Source of the DNA: Trichormus sp. ATA11-4-KO1
Lineage (GTDB): Bacteria > Cyanobacteriota > Cyanobacteriia > Cyanobacteriales > Nostocaceae
Assembly (NCBI GenBank): GCA_019358915.1
Contig: JAHHIM010000026.1
Coordinates: forward strand, 1-64,000
Direction of reading: 5' to 3'
Length of the DNA stretch: 64,000 bases
In this document: piece after piece, positions 30,941-42,083 of the stretch
How the letters are laid out: each line of letters opens with the position of its first letter
Numbering within the stretch: position 1 is the stretch's first letter
The notes under the pieces: model-generated
What the model saw: the letters and a program-made list of their open reading frames with translations, nothing else
Told to the model about the DNA's origin: nothing
Databases searched by the model: none
Translations under genes and position numbers: made by a program

Positions 30941-32191
30941 ATGACAGACTATAAACGTAAACGCGTTGTTGTAACTGGTGTTGGCGCGATTACACCTATT
31001 GGTAACACACCAGATGAATATTGGGAAGGATTATTGAGTGGACGCAATGGCATTGACTACATCACATTTTTTGATGTGTCTCGCCATGATTGCCGCATTG
31101 CTGGTGAAGTGAAAAACTTCGATCCACATGACTACATGGATCGCAAAGAAGCCAAACGAATGGATCGGTTTTCCCAATTTGGGGTTTCAGCTGCCAAACA
31201 AGCTGTTTCTGATGCCAAGTTAGTCATTAATGAGCTAAATGCCGAACAGGTGGGAGTGATGATTGGCTCCGGTGTTGGTGGACTGAAGGTGATGGAAGAT
31301 CAGCAAACAGTTTACCTGAACCGTGGGCCTGATCGCTGTAGTCCCTTCATGATACCGATGATGATCGCCAACATGGCGGCTGGATTAACAGCAATTCACA
31401 CCGGTGCTAAAGGGCCTAATTCTTGCTCGGTTACTGCCTGCGCCGCAGGTTCCAACGCCATCGGAGATGCTTTTCGCCTAATTCAAGGTGGTTATGCCCA
31501 AGCCATGATTTGTGGTGGTTGTGAAGCGGCAATTACACCCTTGGGTCTAGCTGGATTTGCCGCAGCTAGGGCACTTTCGACCCGTAATGATGACCCGGCT
31601 CACGCTTGCCGTCCTTTTGATCGCGATCGCGATGGCTTTATCATGGGTGAAGGAGCCGGGGTTCTCATCCTAGAAGAACTGCAACATGCCCTCAGTCGTG
31701 GCGCGCGCATTTATGCAGAAATGGTTGGTTATGGGATGACCTGTGACGCTTACCATATTACCTCCCCTGTCCCTGGTGGCGAAGGTGCTGCCAGAGCCAT
31801 TCAACTCGCACTCAAAGATGGCGGACTCACACCAGAAATGGTGAGCTACATCAATGCTCACGGCACCAGCACCCCGGCAAATGATTCAACTGAAACTGCC
31901 GCGATGAAAACAGCTTTGGGCGACCATGCTTATAAAATTGCTATTAGTTCCACCAAATCGATGACTGGTCATCTTTTGGGTGGTTCTGGAGGCATTGAAG
32001 CAGTAGCCACAGTGTTAGCGATCGCTAGTGATCAAATTCCTCCCACCATCAATCTAGAAAATCCCGATCCAGAGTGTGATCTAGATTACGTGGCTAATGC
32101 CAGCCGTGCTCAAAAAGTTGAAGTAGCATTATCCAACTCATTTGGGTTTGGTGGTCATAATGTCACGCTAGCCTTTAAAAAGTACGCTTAA
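30941..32191 (+). CDS. fabF: Beta-ketoacyl-ACP synthase II
   Basis: RVVVTG, TACAAG, NAHGTST, GHLLG, SNSFGFGGHN. Confidence 0.97.
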   Translation: MTDYKRKRVVVTGVGAITPIGNTPDEYWEGLLSGRNGIDYITFFDVSRHDCRIAGEVKNFDPHDYMDRKEAKRMDRFSQFGVSAAKQAVSDAKLVINELNAEQVGVMIGSGVGGLKVMEDQQTVYLNRGPDRCSPFMIPMMIANMAAGLTAIHTGAKGPNSCSVTACAAGSNAIGDAFRLIQGGYAQAMICGGCEAAITPLGLAGFAAARALSTRNDDPAHACRPFDRDRDGFIMGEGAGVLILEELQHALSRGARIYAEMVGYGMTCDAYHITSPVPGGEGAARAIQLALKDGGLTPEMVSYINAHGTSTPANDSTETAAMKTALGDHAYKIAISSTKSMTGHLLGGSGGIEAVATVLAIASDQIPPTINLENPDPECDLDYVANASRAQKVEVALSNSFGFGGHNVTLAFKKYA

Positions 32192-32500
32192 AATTCTCAA
32201 CTTTGCCGATTTTCGGCTCTCCTGAGATCATCGTGTGAAAAGTATCATAAATATCATTCGTTATTGAATCAAGCGTTCAGCATAACCCAATTATTAGCTT
32301 GATTAATCACCAGAAACTCAGGAGATCCCGCTTGTCCATCAACAATGGGGAATGGGATGATGAAGATACTGTGGGAAAATTCTATCAGTGATTAGCTATC
32401 AGGCTGAATGAATGAAACTAATAACTGATCACTGGGCAAAACAACCCCAGTCAAAAGAGAAGCTCCAAGAGTGCTAACCCGTCGTTAAGAACAAGAGATT

Positions 32501-34513
32501 ATGGCTGTTGCAACCCAATCCCTCGAAGAACTTTGTATTAACTCGATTCGCTTCTTGGCTATTGACGCCGTAGAAAAGGCTAAATCGGGGCACCCAGGGC
32601 TGCCGATGGGCGCGGCTCCTATGGCTTTTGTCCTATGGGATCGCTTTATGCGGTTTAACCCCAAAAATCCTAAGTGGTTCAACCGCGATCGCTTTGTCTT
32701 ATCTGCTGGTCACGGCTGTATGTTGCAGTATGCCCTACTGCACCTGACAGGCTACGACAGCGTTACCATCGACGATATCAAGCAATTCCGTCAGTGGGGA
32801 TCTAAAACCCCTGGACACCCAGAAAACTTTGAAACAGAAGGTGTAGAAGTCACCACTGGCCCATTGGGACAGGGCATTGCCAATGCAGTTGGTTTAGCGA
32901 TGGCTGAAGCTCACCTTGCTGCTAAGTTCAACAAGCCCGATGCCAAAATTGTTGACCACTACACCTATGTGATTTTAGGTGACGGTTGCAATATGGAAGG
33001 CGTTTCCGGCGAAGCTTGTTCTTTTGCGGGACACCTAGGATTAGGTAAACTCATCGCTCTGTACGACGACAACCACATCTCCATCGATGGTTCTACAGAT
33101 GTAGCATTTACCGAAGATGTTTCTCAGCGATTTGAAGCATACGGCTGGCATGTCCTACATGTTGAAGATGGCAACACTGATTTAGCAGCAATTGCCAAGG
33201 CAATTGAAGCCGCAAAAGCTGTCACTGACAAGCCGACCATGATTAAGGTGACCACCACCATCGGTTATGGTTCTCCTAACAAACAAAACACTGCTGGTGT
33301 TCACGGTGCTGCTTTGGGTGGTGACGAAGTAGCTTTAACTCGGAACAATTTGAAGTGGGAATACGAACCTTTCGTAGTGCCCCAAGACGCGCTCAACCAC
33401 ATGCATAAAGCAATTGAGCGCGGTGCTAGCTACGAAGCCGACTGGAATCAAGCCTTTGCTGACTACAAAGCCAAATATCCCCAAGAAGCAGCTGAATTTG
33501 AACGTTACGTCAGTGGCAAACTCCCCGACGGTTGGGATCAGGTACTACCCACCTTCACCGCCGAAGATAAAGGAATACCCACCCGTAAGCACTCGGAAGC
33601 CTGCTTGAACAAATTAGCGGCGGTTTTACCAGAGTTAATTGGTGGTTCAGCTGACTTGACTCACTCTAACCTGACCGAAATCAAAGGCTTTGGTGACTTT
33701 CAAAAAGGACAATACCAAAACCGTAACATCCACTTTGGTGTGCGGGAACATGGTATGGGCGCCATCTGTAACGGGATAGCGCTGCATGGTTCGGGATTAA
33801 TTCCCTACGGTGCCACCTTCCTCATCTTCACAGACTACATGCGTGCTGCCATCCGCTTATCTGCCCTATCCCAAGCTGGGTCGATTTGGGTGATGACCCA
33901 CGACTCCATTGGTCAAGGTGAAGATGGACCCACACACCAACCTGTGGAAACTTTAGCTTCTCTGAGAGCTATTCCTAACCTGACGGTGATTCGTCCCGCC
34001 GATGGTAATGAATGCTCTGGTGCTTACAAAGTAGCCATTGAGAACGCGAAGCAAAACGCTCCTACTCTGTTGGCATTCACTCGGCAAAATGTCCCCAACT
34101 TGGCAGGTACGTCGGTTGAGAACGTGGCTAAGGGTGCATACACAGTAGTAGATTGTCAAGGTACACCAGATATCATCTTGATTGGAACTGGTTCAGAATT
34201 GAGCCTCTGTGTCACCGCAGCCGAAAAGCTCACGGCTCAAGGACAGAAAGTCCGTGTTGTCTCTATGCCCTCATGGAATCTGTTTGAAGCACAAGATGCG
34301 GCTTATAAAGAGTCCGTTCTACCCAAAGCAGTTACCAAGCGTTTGGCTGTAGAAGCAGGCGTTAGCTTCGGCTGGCACAAATATGTGGGCACTGAAGGCG
34401 ATACTGTGAGTATTGATCGCTTTGGTGCTTCAGCTCCAGGCGGTGTTTGTATGGAGAAGTTTGGTTTTAGCGTTGATAATGTATTAGCTAAGGCTAAAAA
34501 TTTGTTGGGTTAA
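32501..34513 (+). CDS. tkt: Transketolase
   Basis: [40 protein letters not shown]. Confidence 0.98.
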   Translation: MAVATQSLEELCINSIRFLAIDAVEKAKSGHPGLPMGAAPMAFVLWDRFMRFNPKNPKWFNRDRFVLSAGHGCMLQYALLHLTGYDSVTIDDIKQFRQWGSKTPGHPENFETEGVEVTTGPLGQGIANAVGLAMAEAHLAAKFNKPDAKIVDHYTYVILGDGCNMEGVSGEACSFAGHLGLGKLIALYDDNHISIDGSTDVAFTEDVSQRFEAYGWHVLHVEDGNTDLAAIAKAIEAAKAVTDKPTMIKVTTTIGYGSPNKQNTAGVHGAALGGDEVALTRNNLKWEYEPFVVPQDALNHMHKAIERGASYEADWNQAFADYKAKYPQEAAEFERYVSGKLPDGWDQVLPTFTAEDKGIPTRKHSEACLNKLAAVLPELIGGSADLTHSNLTEIKGFGDFQKGQYQNRNIHFGVREHGMGAICNGIALHGSGLIPYGATFLIFTDYMRAAIRLSALSQAGSIWVMTHDSIGQGEDGPTHQPVETLASLRAIPNLTVIRPADGNECSGAYKVAIENAKQNAPTLLAFTRQNVPNLAGTSVENVAKGAYTVVDCQGTPDIILIGTGSELSLCVTAAEKLTAQGQKVRVVSMPSWNLFEAQDAAYKESVLPKAVTKRLAVEAGVSFGWHKYVGTEGDTVSIDRFGASAPGGVCMEKFGFSVDNVLAKAKNLLG

Positions 34514-34546
34514 TTAGCAACGGAATATTCTCTTAACTTTTTGTGG

Positions 34547-34571
34547 GGTGGGCAATTTGCCCGCCTTTTTT
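34547..34571 (+). terminator. Intrinsic terminator after tkt
   Basis: GGTGGGCAA-T-TTGCCCGCC followed by TTTTTT. Confidence 0.8.
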
Positions 34572-34800
34572 AGTGCTGAGTGCTGAGTGCTGAGTGCTGC
34601 TCGACTGACTTGTACTGAGCCTTGTCGAAGTAGCTTCGCCGAACGTCTGAGTGCTGAGTAAGGAAGGACTTTCATACTCGGTACAAGCAACGTGAATTGT
34701 GGTCACTGAGCGGCTCGAGTGACTTGTACTGAGCCTTGTCGAAGTAGCCTTCGCCGAACTCTTGTCGAAGTGTGGGCGGTTTTTTAACTCAGCACGAGCG
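34572..34800. repeat. (GTGCTGA)n STRR tract with two nested SDR-type repeats
   Basis: TGACTTGTACTGAGCCTTGTCGAAGTAGC occurs twice (about 34606 and 34720), embedded in heptamer repeats. Confidence 0.8.
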
Positions 34801-34805
34801 CACTT

Positions 34806-35135
34806 TCAACGAGCGTACTCTTTATTAACAGTTAATTCTCTTGGTTCATAATGACGGCAACCCTGACAAGGCCCACTGGGGTTGACAGCACAGCGCATGT
34901 AGCCAGAACGGGCATTAAATTTACAACTAATATCACCAATGAGGTAGCCGACCCCTTCTAGATAATAGCGATCGCCTTCAACATCTCTAATATTTTGTCG
35001 TACCCGCACCCCTGAAAAATTCATGGCTGCTTGTCTCATCCGTAAACGTGTACGCACTTGAGTTTTACGAATTACCCATAGAGAAAATATTGCCGGTAAA
35101 AAACCAACGGTAATCACTAAAAGTGTTTTTAACAC
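34806..35135 (-). CDS. DUF6464 family protein
   Basis: IGDISCKFNARSGYMRCAVNPSGPCQGCRHYE. Confidence 0.8.
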   Translation of the reverse strand: MLKTLLVITVGFLPAIFSLWVIRKTQVRTRLRMRQAAMNFSGVRVRQNIRDVEGDRYYLEGVGYLIGDISCKFNARSGYMRCAVNPSGPCQGCRHYEPRELTVNKEYAR

Positions 35136-35287
35136 CTTCTTTTTACCTCTTTTATGTAATCGTCCCTGACAAGCTGCTATTGCTGACGGGTTGAAGATAA
35201 TTGTCAGAATGTAGGTAGCCTTTTTTCAATTCCCCGTACTCCCAGAAATCAGGGGATAGCTTAAATTTAACAGTTTTCCATGATTCC

Positions 35288-36661
35288 ATGACTAACTCCC
35301 GTCAAATAGCTTTTATTGCCCTGCGTGATGTTCACAAAGGAGCTTATGCTGATGTAGCTTTAGATAGAGTGCTGCAAAAACTTAGCTTGTCTGATAGCGC
35401 ATCTTCTGTGGAGACACTGCGCGATCGCCGTTTGCTGACAGAATTAGTTTATGGCAGTGTGAGAAGGCAACGCACTCTTGACGCTCTCATCGACCAACTC
35501 GCCACCAAGAAATCCCACCAACAACCAAAAGACCTCCGCACTATCCTACATCTAGGTTTGTACCAACTGCGCTATCAAGAACGTATTCCCGCTTCGGCTG
35601 CTGTGAATACCACTGTCCAATTGGCTAAGGAAAATGGCTTTTCTGGACTCACGGGTTTTGTCAATGGTCTATTGCGGCAATACATCCGTCTGGCAGATAA
35701 ATCACCAGAGCCTTTAAAATTACCAGAAAATCTGGTGGAACGCTTGGGAATTTTACACAGTTTCCCAGACTGGATTATGCAAGTGTGGTTAAATCAACTT
35801 GGTTTGGCTGAAACAGAAAAACTCTGTGAATGGATGAACCAAACACCTACAATTGATTTGCGAATCAATCCCCTCCGTACTTCCATAGAGGAAGTTGAAC
35901 AGGCTTTTCAGTCTGCTAGTATTTTGGTAAAGCGGGTACCTCATTTGCCCCAAGCTTTACGATTGATTGGGAGTACTGGACCCATCCAAAATTTGCCTGG
36001 TTTTAGTGAGGGTTGGTGGTCTGTACAAGATAGTAGCGCCCAACTTGTCGGTCATTTACTCGACCCCCAACCGGGTGAAGTGGTGATTGATGCTTGTGCA
36101 GCCCCAGGGGGGAAAACAACTCATATTGCCGAGTTAATTAAGGATACAGGCAAAATTTGGGCTTGCGATCGCACAGCTTCCCGGCTACGCAAACTCAAAG
36201 AAAATGCTCAACGGTTGCGTTTACAATCTATCCAGATTTGCACTGGTGATAGCCGCAATTTACCGCAATTTAACAATACAGGCGATCGCGTCTTACTAGA
36301 TGCACCATGTTCTGGTTTGGGAACTTTGCACCGCCACGCCGATGCACGTTGGCGACAAACACCAGAATCTGTCCAGGAACTGGCAAAACTGCAAACAGAA
36401 CTAATTACACATACATCGACTTTTGTCAAACCGGGTGGTGTATTAGTTTATGCTACCTGTACGCTGCATCCAGCCGAAAATGAAGATGTGATTGCGGCAT
36501 TCTTAGCTCAAAATCCGCATTGGCAGATAGAAACTCCTAGCTTTGATTCCCCTGACTCTGCCTATTCCACACCACAAGGCTGGCTGAAAGTTTGGCCTCA
36601 TCAACAGAACATGGATGGCTTTTTCATGGTGCGCTTAAGAAAAACCAACGATTCCGGGTGA
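35288..36661 (+). CDS. rsmB: 16S rRNA m5C967 methyltransferase
   Basis: NusB-like N-terminus, VQDSSAQ, DACAAPGGKT, DAPCSG, YATCT; 8-aa repeat-derived insert. Confidence 0.95.
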   Translation: MTNSRQIAFIALRDVHKGAYADVALDRVLQKLSLSDSASSVETLRDRRLLTELVYGSVRRQRTLDALIDQLATKKSHQQPKDLRTILHLGLYQLRYQERIPASAAVNTTVQLAKENGFSGLTGFVNGLLRQYIRLADKSPEPLKLPENLVERLGILHSFPDWIMQVWLNQLGLAETEKLCEWMNQTPTIDLRINPLRTSIEEVEQAFQSASILVKRVPHLPQALRLIGSTGPIQNLPGFSEGWWSVQDSSAQLVGHLLDPQPGEVVIDACAAPGGKTTHIAELIKDTGKIWACDRTASRLRKLKENAQRLRLQSIQICTGDSRNLPQFNNTGDRVLLDAPCSGLGTLHRHADARWRQTPESVQELAKLQTELITHTSTFVKPGGVLVYATCTLHPAENEDVIAAFLAQNPHWQIETPSFDSPDSAYSTPQGWLKVWPHQQNMDGFFMVRLRKTNDSG

Positions 36662-36719
36662 ATACTGTTTGGGATTGTACGATTTTGTGGAGGCCCCGAA
36701 TCTACCACAGGAGGCAACA

Positions 36720-37142
36720 ATGGTTACTGATTCCCATGTGAAAAATTTAGTTAAAATCCTGATTGGAGCTGCCTGGATTGATGGCAGAATCCAGCCAGAA
36801 GAACGGCAATATCTCCGGGAGATAGCTCAAGCAAAAGGTTTGGCTACCGATCCAGAGATTAAGCCTTGGCTATACGAATTGGTTCCTGTACAACCACAAG
36901 AATGTTACACCTGGGTAAAAGAATATCTAGGCGATTGCCCTAGTTTGGAAGATTGCGAAAATCTTATTGAAGCCATCAGTGGCTTAATTTACAGTGACGG
37001 AGAAGTGGCCACAGAAGAAGCAAGACTCCTGACAAAATTACAGGAGTTAACAAAACTCAATGAGTCCACTCAACCTGCTTATACGGCGTTGCTCAAACAA
37101 ATTCAAAAGCTGTATCGTCGCTGGGTCGAGGTGCAAAACTAA
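36720..37142 (+). CDS. TerB family protein
   Basis: AAWIDGRIQPEER...YSDGEVATEEA; GGAGG RBS before ATG 36720. Confidence 0.8.
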   Translation: MVTDSHVKNLVKILIGAAWIDGRIQPEERQYLREIAQAKGLATDPEIKPWLYELVPVQPQECYTWVKEYLGDCPSLEDCENLIEAISGLIYSDGEVATEEARLLTKLQELTKLNESTQPAYTALLKQIQKLYRRWVEVQN

Positions 37143-37309
37143 CAAAAGAGTGATGTGTTGTGAGTTGACAAGACGCGATATATCGCGTCTGGTAATTCAA
37201 CTCAAGAAGAAAGCACGGGCTATAAGCGCAGCCATACCCGCAGGGCTTTACAGCACTCTTCGACTTCGCTCAGGCCAAGAAGCGCACTCAGTACTCAAGA
37301 AAGCACTCA

Positions 37310-37531
37310 TTATGACTTCGGTTCACCCACACCCGGAGTTTCTTCTTTTTCAATTTTAGGAACAAAGTCAGGGCGATCTTTGCTTTCCCAGCCAGCCGGA
37401 CGTTTGGAGTTATACCAAGCGATAGAACCAATTGTGACCGCAGCAATAAAACCAACTACGTACACTAAGGTGAAAGCGTAAGGAAAATGGGAACCTTCTG
37501 CTGAAGCTGCTGTTTGCATTAATAAATGCAT
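37310..37531 (-). CDS. psb35: Photosystem II assembly protein Psb35
   Basis: GFIAAVTIGSIAWYNSKRPAGWE motif. Confidence 0.8.
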   Translation of the reverse strand: MHLLMQTAASAEGSHFPYAFTLVYVVGFIAAVTIGSIAWYNSKRPAGWESKDRPDFVPKIEKEETPGVGEPKS

Positions 37532-37714
37532 GAGTATATTCTCCTAGTTTAAGCAACACTACTTAAGACACTATAAAAAGAGAGTATCATCTACATCCCC
37601 CCCAAGTTTGAACTGAGTTAAAAGTGCTGAGTGCTGAGGGGTTAATTTTTTAGTCCCCAGTCCCTCTTTCATCCTTGACTGTGAAACTCGTTTCATCGGG
37701 ACTGCCTTTATGAA

Positions 37715-38782
37715 TCAAAGCCAAGCTCGCTCATACTGAATGGGCCAAAGTTTATCCTGTCCTAGTTGTTGAGCTGCGAGGTGTGGCCAGTAAGGATTAC
37801 GAAGTAGTTCGCGCCCTAGTAGGACTAAATCAGCTACTCCTGTATGAATAATCTGGTCAGCTTGTTCAGGAGATATAATTAATCCGACTGCACCTGTAGA
37901 GATATTTGCTTCATGGCGGATACGTTCGGCAAATTGAGTCTGGTAGCCAAGTTTGACGGGGATATTGATTCCTGGAATAATTCCGCCGGAGGAGCAATCT
38001 ATCAAATCTACACCTAGTAACTTGAGTTGCTGGCTTAAAGCAATACTTTGCTCAATATCCCACCCTTTGTCTACCCAATCAGTAGCAGAGATGCGTACTA
38101 AGAGCGGATACGTCTGTGGCCATACCTGTCGCACTTCCTCCACAACTTCTCTCAGCAGACGAATCCGATTTTCAAAGCTACCACCATAATCATCTTGGCG
38201 GTGGTTAGACAGGGGTGAAAGAAACTGATGTAGGAGGTAACCATGAGCAGCATGAATCTCAACGACTTTGAAACCAGCTTGTAGAGAACGTTTAGCAGCT
38301 TGCACAAAGGCTTGAATAATTTGCTGAATTTCTGCAATACTCAAGGCTTGAGGTACTGGACTTTCTTTACTAAAAGCGATCGCACTACTGGAAACTACAG
38401 GTCGCCAACCCTCCTGAGATTCATCCAGTGCTTTCCCTCCTTTACTTGGTTTAGCTGTGCTGGCTTTTCGGCCTGCGTGGGCAAGTTGTATACCTGCAAC
38501 AGCGCCAAAGTTATGGATTAATGAGACAATCTTAGCCAAAGTTTCTATATGTGCATCTGACCAGATTCCCAAATCTTGAGGGCTAATCCGTCCGCGAGGT
38601 TCTACAGCCGCCGCTTCTGTAAGTACTAAACCAGCACCACCAACTGCACGAGAAGCAAGATGAACTAAGTGCCAGTCGTTAGCATATCCATCTGTACTGG
38701 AATATTGACACATGGGTGAAACGGCGATGCGGTTGCGAAAAGTGACTTCACGAATCCTGAATGCATCAAACAGGTGCGCCAT
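37715..38782 (-). CDS. NADH:flavin oxidoreductase (YqjM/NamA-like Old Yellow Enzyme)
   Basis: SPMCQYS, QLAHAGRKA, HAAHGYLLHQFLSP, GRELLRNP. Confidence 0.93.
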   Translation of the reverse strand: MAHLFDAFRIREVTFRNRIAVSPMCQYSSTDGYANDWHLVHLASRAVGGAGLVLTEAAAVEPRGRISPQDLGIWSDAHIETLAKIVSLIHNFGAVAGIQLAHAGRKASTAKPSKGGKALDESQEGWRPVVSSSAIAFSKESPVPQALSIAEIQQIIQAFVQAAKRSLQAGFKVVEIHAAHGYLLHQFLSPLSNHRQDDYGGSFENRIRLLREVVEEVRQVWPQTYPLLVRISATDWVDKGWDIEQSIALSQQLKLLGVDLIDCSSGGIIPGINIPVKLGYQTQFAERIRHEANISTGAVGLIISPEQADQIIHTGVADLVLLGRELLRNPYWPHLAAQQLGQDKLWPIQYERAWL

Positions 38783-39110
38783 TACGATTAATTCCTTCTC
38801 TTGCTAGATACAAAGAAATTGCAGATGGATTTACAGGCTAGACTCACAGTTGTGATTAATCCTCCAAATTATTACTTCATGGATAGAATCAATCTCATGA
38901 AGTTCATTCATTCATGGTAAGCCGTCAAAACATTCGTTATCGGATTTTTTCGGGCACAGTTTATATTTGGGAATTGTCTGCTGGCTAGAGACGTATAATA
39001 CTAATAGGCAGTATTACTGTTTCATATTGCTCTTTTTTGCCTAGATGACAAAATAAATCATCTGTAAAAGAGAGTCAACGCTCATCAGTGAATAGTCACT
39101 CACCTTCAAG

Positions 39111-39524
39111 ATGGCTCACTACCAAAAGTTACTAAGAATTTCTACTACTGGCAAAAATTTTCAGAATATCACTACAAAAGTTGCAGCCATAGTTGCACAA
39201 TCAGGGGTAGAAACTGGTCTTTGTACCTTATTTTTACGCCATACTTCAGCTAGTTTAGTTATACAAGAAAATGCCGACCCTGATGTATTAGTGGATTTAG
39301 CTAACTTTATGGCAAAACTCGTGCCAGAATCAGGCAAATACATCCACGATGCTGAAGGTGCGGATGATATGCCAGCACACATCCGTACAGCACTTACTCA
39401 TACTTCTGAAAATATCCCCATAAATCGAGGTCATTTGGTACTGGGAACCTGGCAGGGAATTTATGTTTGGGAACATCGCCAGCGTAGTCATACGAGAGAG
39501 TTGGTTGTCCACATTTCTAACTAA
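39111..39524 (+). CDS. YjbQ (UPF0047) family protein
   Basis: HTSASL..QENADPDV, LGTWQGIY. Confidence 0.92.
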   Translation: MAHYQKLLRISTTGKNFQNITTKVAAIVAQSGVETGLCTLFLRHTSASLVIQENADPDVLVDLANFMAKLVPESGKYIHDAEGADDMPAHIRTALTHTSENIPINRGHLVLGTWQGIYVWEHRQRSHTRELVVHISN

Positions 39525-40049
39525 GGATTGAGGATTGATAGGCAATTAAATCTACCCTAAACAAGATGTCCTTAGCTCTTAGCTCGACTTTATCCATTTT
39601 TTTCGCAACGCGATTGCCCAAGCTGAAACCTATGTGGGACGGTAGTTTTATTCTTTGAACTTCATCGATACTCTGTGACGTAGAAAAAGTATTTGCCAAA
39701 AAGACAGGATTTTTGCCAGATAAAGAAATCGAGTTCTTAATTTTGGATAAAGTCGAGCTTAAGCGCAACCCCACAGACAGCACACCACTTGCTATGAATG
39801 AAAAAACAGAGCTTGACAGTTGACGATTTTTATTCTTAAATCAGCACTCAGCACTGTTTCTTGAGAGCTTACTCAATTTGGTGATGAAAAATTGAATCAG
39901 CTAAAAGTCACTAGGGGCGAACGGTTATTCACCATTAATATCGATTTGTAAAGCTACACATTAAGTTTGTTTGTATTAAATGAATAAATATAAGTTTTAC
40001 GATCTAAGCTTATATTTAGTTTAGACTGTCTGGGCTATTTAAACTAATT

Positions 40050-40799
40050 ATGAAGCATAACTTGACACCAAATAATCTTTTCCCATGTCTTGACGAAATT
40101 TTAGCCCAGCAATCTATTAATCCATTAACTCTCAATCCCCAAAAGTCTTTAATTACAAGTTTTGCCGAACTGGAAAACTTAATTACTGCAAGTACTACAG
40201 ACATACAATTTCTCATGGCTTTGCAGAAGACATTAGAACGCATACTTCGCGCTCAATTGCAAAATTTTCCAGAAAATATTTTTTGGGATTTTGATTTTAT
40301 GGTGAGTAGTATGCTCAGACAGGCTTTAGTAGCAGATGTTGGTGCTGTTTCTTTTTTAGAAACTTTTAGTCACAAGATGGTGTTGCTGATAGAGTTATTT
40401 GGCATTGGAAAAGAAATTCGCTTTCGTTATGTTCATGATTTTATGTATGGGTTTGATTGGGCTAGATGGGTACAAAAAGAGCCAGAAACTCGCGCACATT
40501 CAGAGCCTTTTAGTTTAGTTTTTTTAGATTATTTGCTCGTAAAAGGTGAACAAATTTTACAACGTATCAGCCACGGTCAGATGACATCTTATAAGCTGTG
40601 TAGTACAGGTTTCCGTAATCCCTTCGACTTCTCCCGCGAACCAGAAGATGAACGCCGTCTGCTAATTTATCTGGCTAGTAAACAACTTATCCCTGTGGCA
40701 ACATGGAATTGGAACGCCCGCCCTATATGGAATAAACCTTTCCAAGAGATGCGCCAGCAGATAGCATTAAAATTAAATATTCAACCACAGAGACACTGA
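40050..40799 (+). CDS. Hypothetical protein
   Basis: 249-aa ORF with aromatic motifs PENIFWDFD and RFRYVHDFMYGFDWARW; function not recognised. Confidence 0.7.
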   Translation: MKHNLTPNNLFPCLDEILAQQSINPLTLNPQKSLITSFAELENLITASTTDIQFLMALQKTLERILRAQLQNFPENIFWDFDFMVSSMLRQALVADVGAVSFLETFSHKMVLLIELFGIGKEIRFRYVHDFMYGFDWARWVQKEPETRAHSEPFSLVFLDYLLVKGEQILQRISHGQMTSYKLCSTGFRNPFDFSREPEDERRLLIYLASKQLIPVATWNWNARPIWNKPFQEMRQQIALKLNIQPQRH

Positions 40800-40828
40800 A
40801 CTAGTAATTAAAAATCAAAATAATTTTT

Positions 40829-41617
40829 ATGAAAATTGTTGATTTAATTAATTGGTTTGAAGCATGGGCAAATCCGGCTTGGTGTGAAAGCTGGGATAAT
40901 TGTGGTTGGCAGATTGAACCAGGTGTGATGCAGGAAGCAGCGCGAGTGTTGGTTTGTCTGACGCCGACTTTAGCGGTGATGCAGGAAGCGATCGCTTTGA
41001 ATGCTAATCTGATTTTTGCTCACCATCCTTTAATTTTTAGTCCGCCTAAATCCTTACGTAGTGGTGAAGCGATCGCGGAAATGACTAGATTAGCTTTTAC
41101 CCACAATATTGGTATTTACAGCGCCCACACCAATTTCGATCAAGTCCAGGATGGTACTGCTGACGTTTTGGCGCAAATTTTAGAACTGAAGGAAGTCACT
41201 CCCATCGTACCCACTCAAGCAGGATTGGGTTACGGACGTGTGGGGTTACTAAAGCCATTGTTGACTTTACAGGAGCTACTTGCTGCAATTCAAACCCGAC
41301 TCACACCACCTAATTTGCTTTTTTCACCAACTGCTGACTTACAGCAGTTGATTTCACGAGTAGCTGTGTTAGGTGGTTCCGGCGCTAGTTTTATTTCGGC
41401 GGTAGCCAAAATCGGCGCGCAAGTTTATCTGACTGCTGATTGTAAGTTCCATCAGTTTCAAGAAAGTCGCGATCGCGGTCTAATTTTAATCGATGCGGGA
41501 CATTATGCCACTGAACGCCCTGCCTGCGATCGCTTGGTACAACGATTTATGTCTTTAAATCTAGACTGGGTGGAATTGAGTCACCAAGATGAAGATTTCC
41601 GTCAGTTTTTTAATTAA
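40829..41617 (+). CDS. Nif3-like dinuclear metal-centre protein
   Basis: WDNCG, AHHPLIF, AHTNFD, DAGHYATE. Confidence 0.93.
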   Translation: MKIVDLINWFEAWANPAWCESWDNCGWQIEPGVMQEAARVLVCLTPTLAVMQEAIALNANLIFAHHPLIFSPPKSLRSGEAIAEMTRLAFTHNIGIYSAHTNFDQVQDGTADVLAQILELKEVTPIVPTQAGLGYGRVGLLKPLLTLQELLAAIQTRLTPPNLLFSPTADLQQLISRVAVLGGSGASFISAVAKIGAQVYLTADCKFHQFQESRDRGLILIDAGHYATERPACDRLVQRFMSLNLDWVELSHQDEDFRQFFN

Positions 41618-41744
41618 GTAAGAATACAGTTTTTAATACATATTTAAATACTATTTTTTTTGTGTAGCTTAAATTCAGTCAAACAGAAAGTTGTATTATT
41701 TGTTTCTAAGTACACAGATAAAAAATGATTATTTTTCTACAATC

Positions 41745-41760
41745 TGTGATACAGATCACG
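41745..41760. promoter_or_regulatory. CRP-like box
   Basis: TGTGA-TACAGA-TCACG versus consensus TGTGA-N6-TCACA, about 108 nt upstream of the 71-aa ORF. Confidence 0.45.
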
Positions 41761-41867
41761 AATAGATGTAATTATAATCACTAGTAATTACTGTCTCATA
41801 TCAACTAATAAGAGAATAAAATGCATCACACTAAAGGTAAGAAAATACTCATCGTACCCTAATCAAC

Positions 41868-42083
41868 ATGATTCGCTCACTCGTTGAATCTGCTTTTCAA
41901 ACTGGATATCTTAGTGTTGAATCTGAGGGTCTACTCCATCAAGTTCTGGCAACTAAGTGTTGTCAGTCAGAAGATTTGGCAGCCCTTTCAGCCCTATATG
42001 ATGCAGTCAGCGCAGGTCAAATAAAACGAGAAGCGTCCTCGCAACTGCCAATAAAATTTCTCACCCAGGAAAAAATTGGGTAA
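41868..42083 (+). CDS. Small hypothetical cyanobacterial protein
   Basis: MIRSLVESAFQTGYLSVESE pattern, which I recall from a small helical cyanobacterial family. Confidence 0.7.
   Translation: MIRSLVESAFQTGYLSVESEGLLHQVLATKCCQSEDLAALSALYDAVSAGQIKREASSQLPIKFLTQEKIG

Noticed and set aside
36720..37142. Stand-alone TerB gene as part of the TerB-dynamin system
   Set aside because: It is 20 kb away, behind rsmB in a housekeeping context; no evidence of linkage
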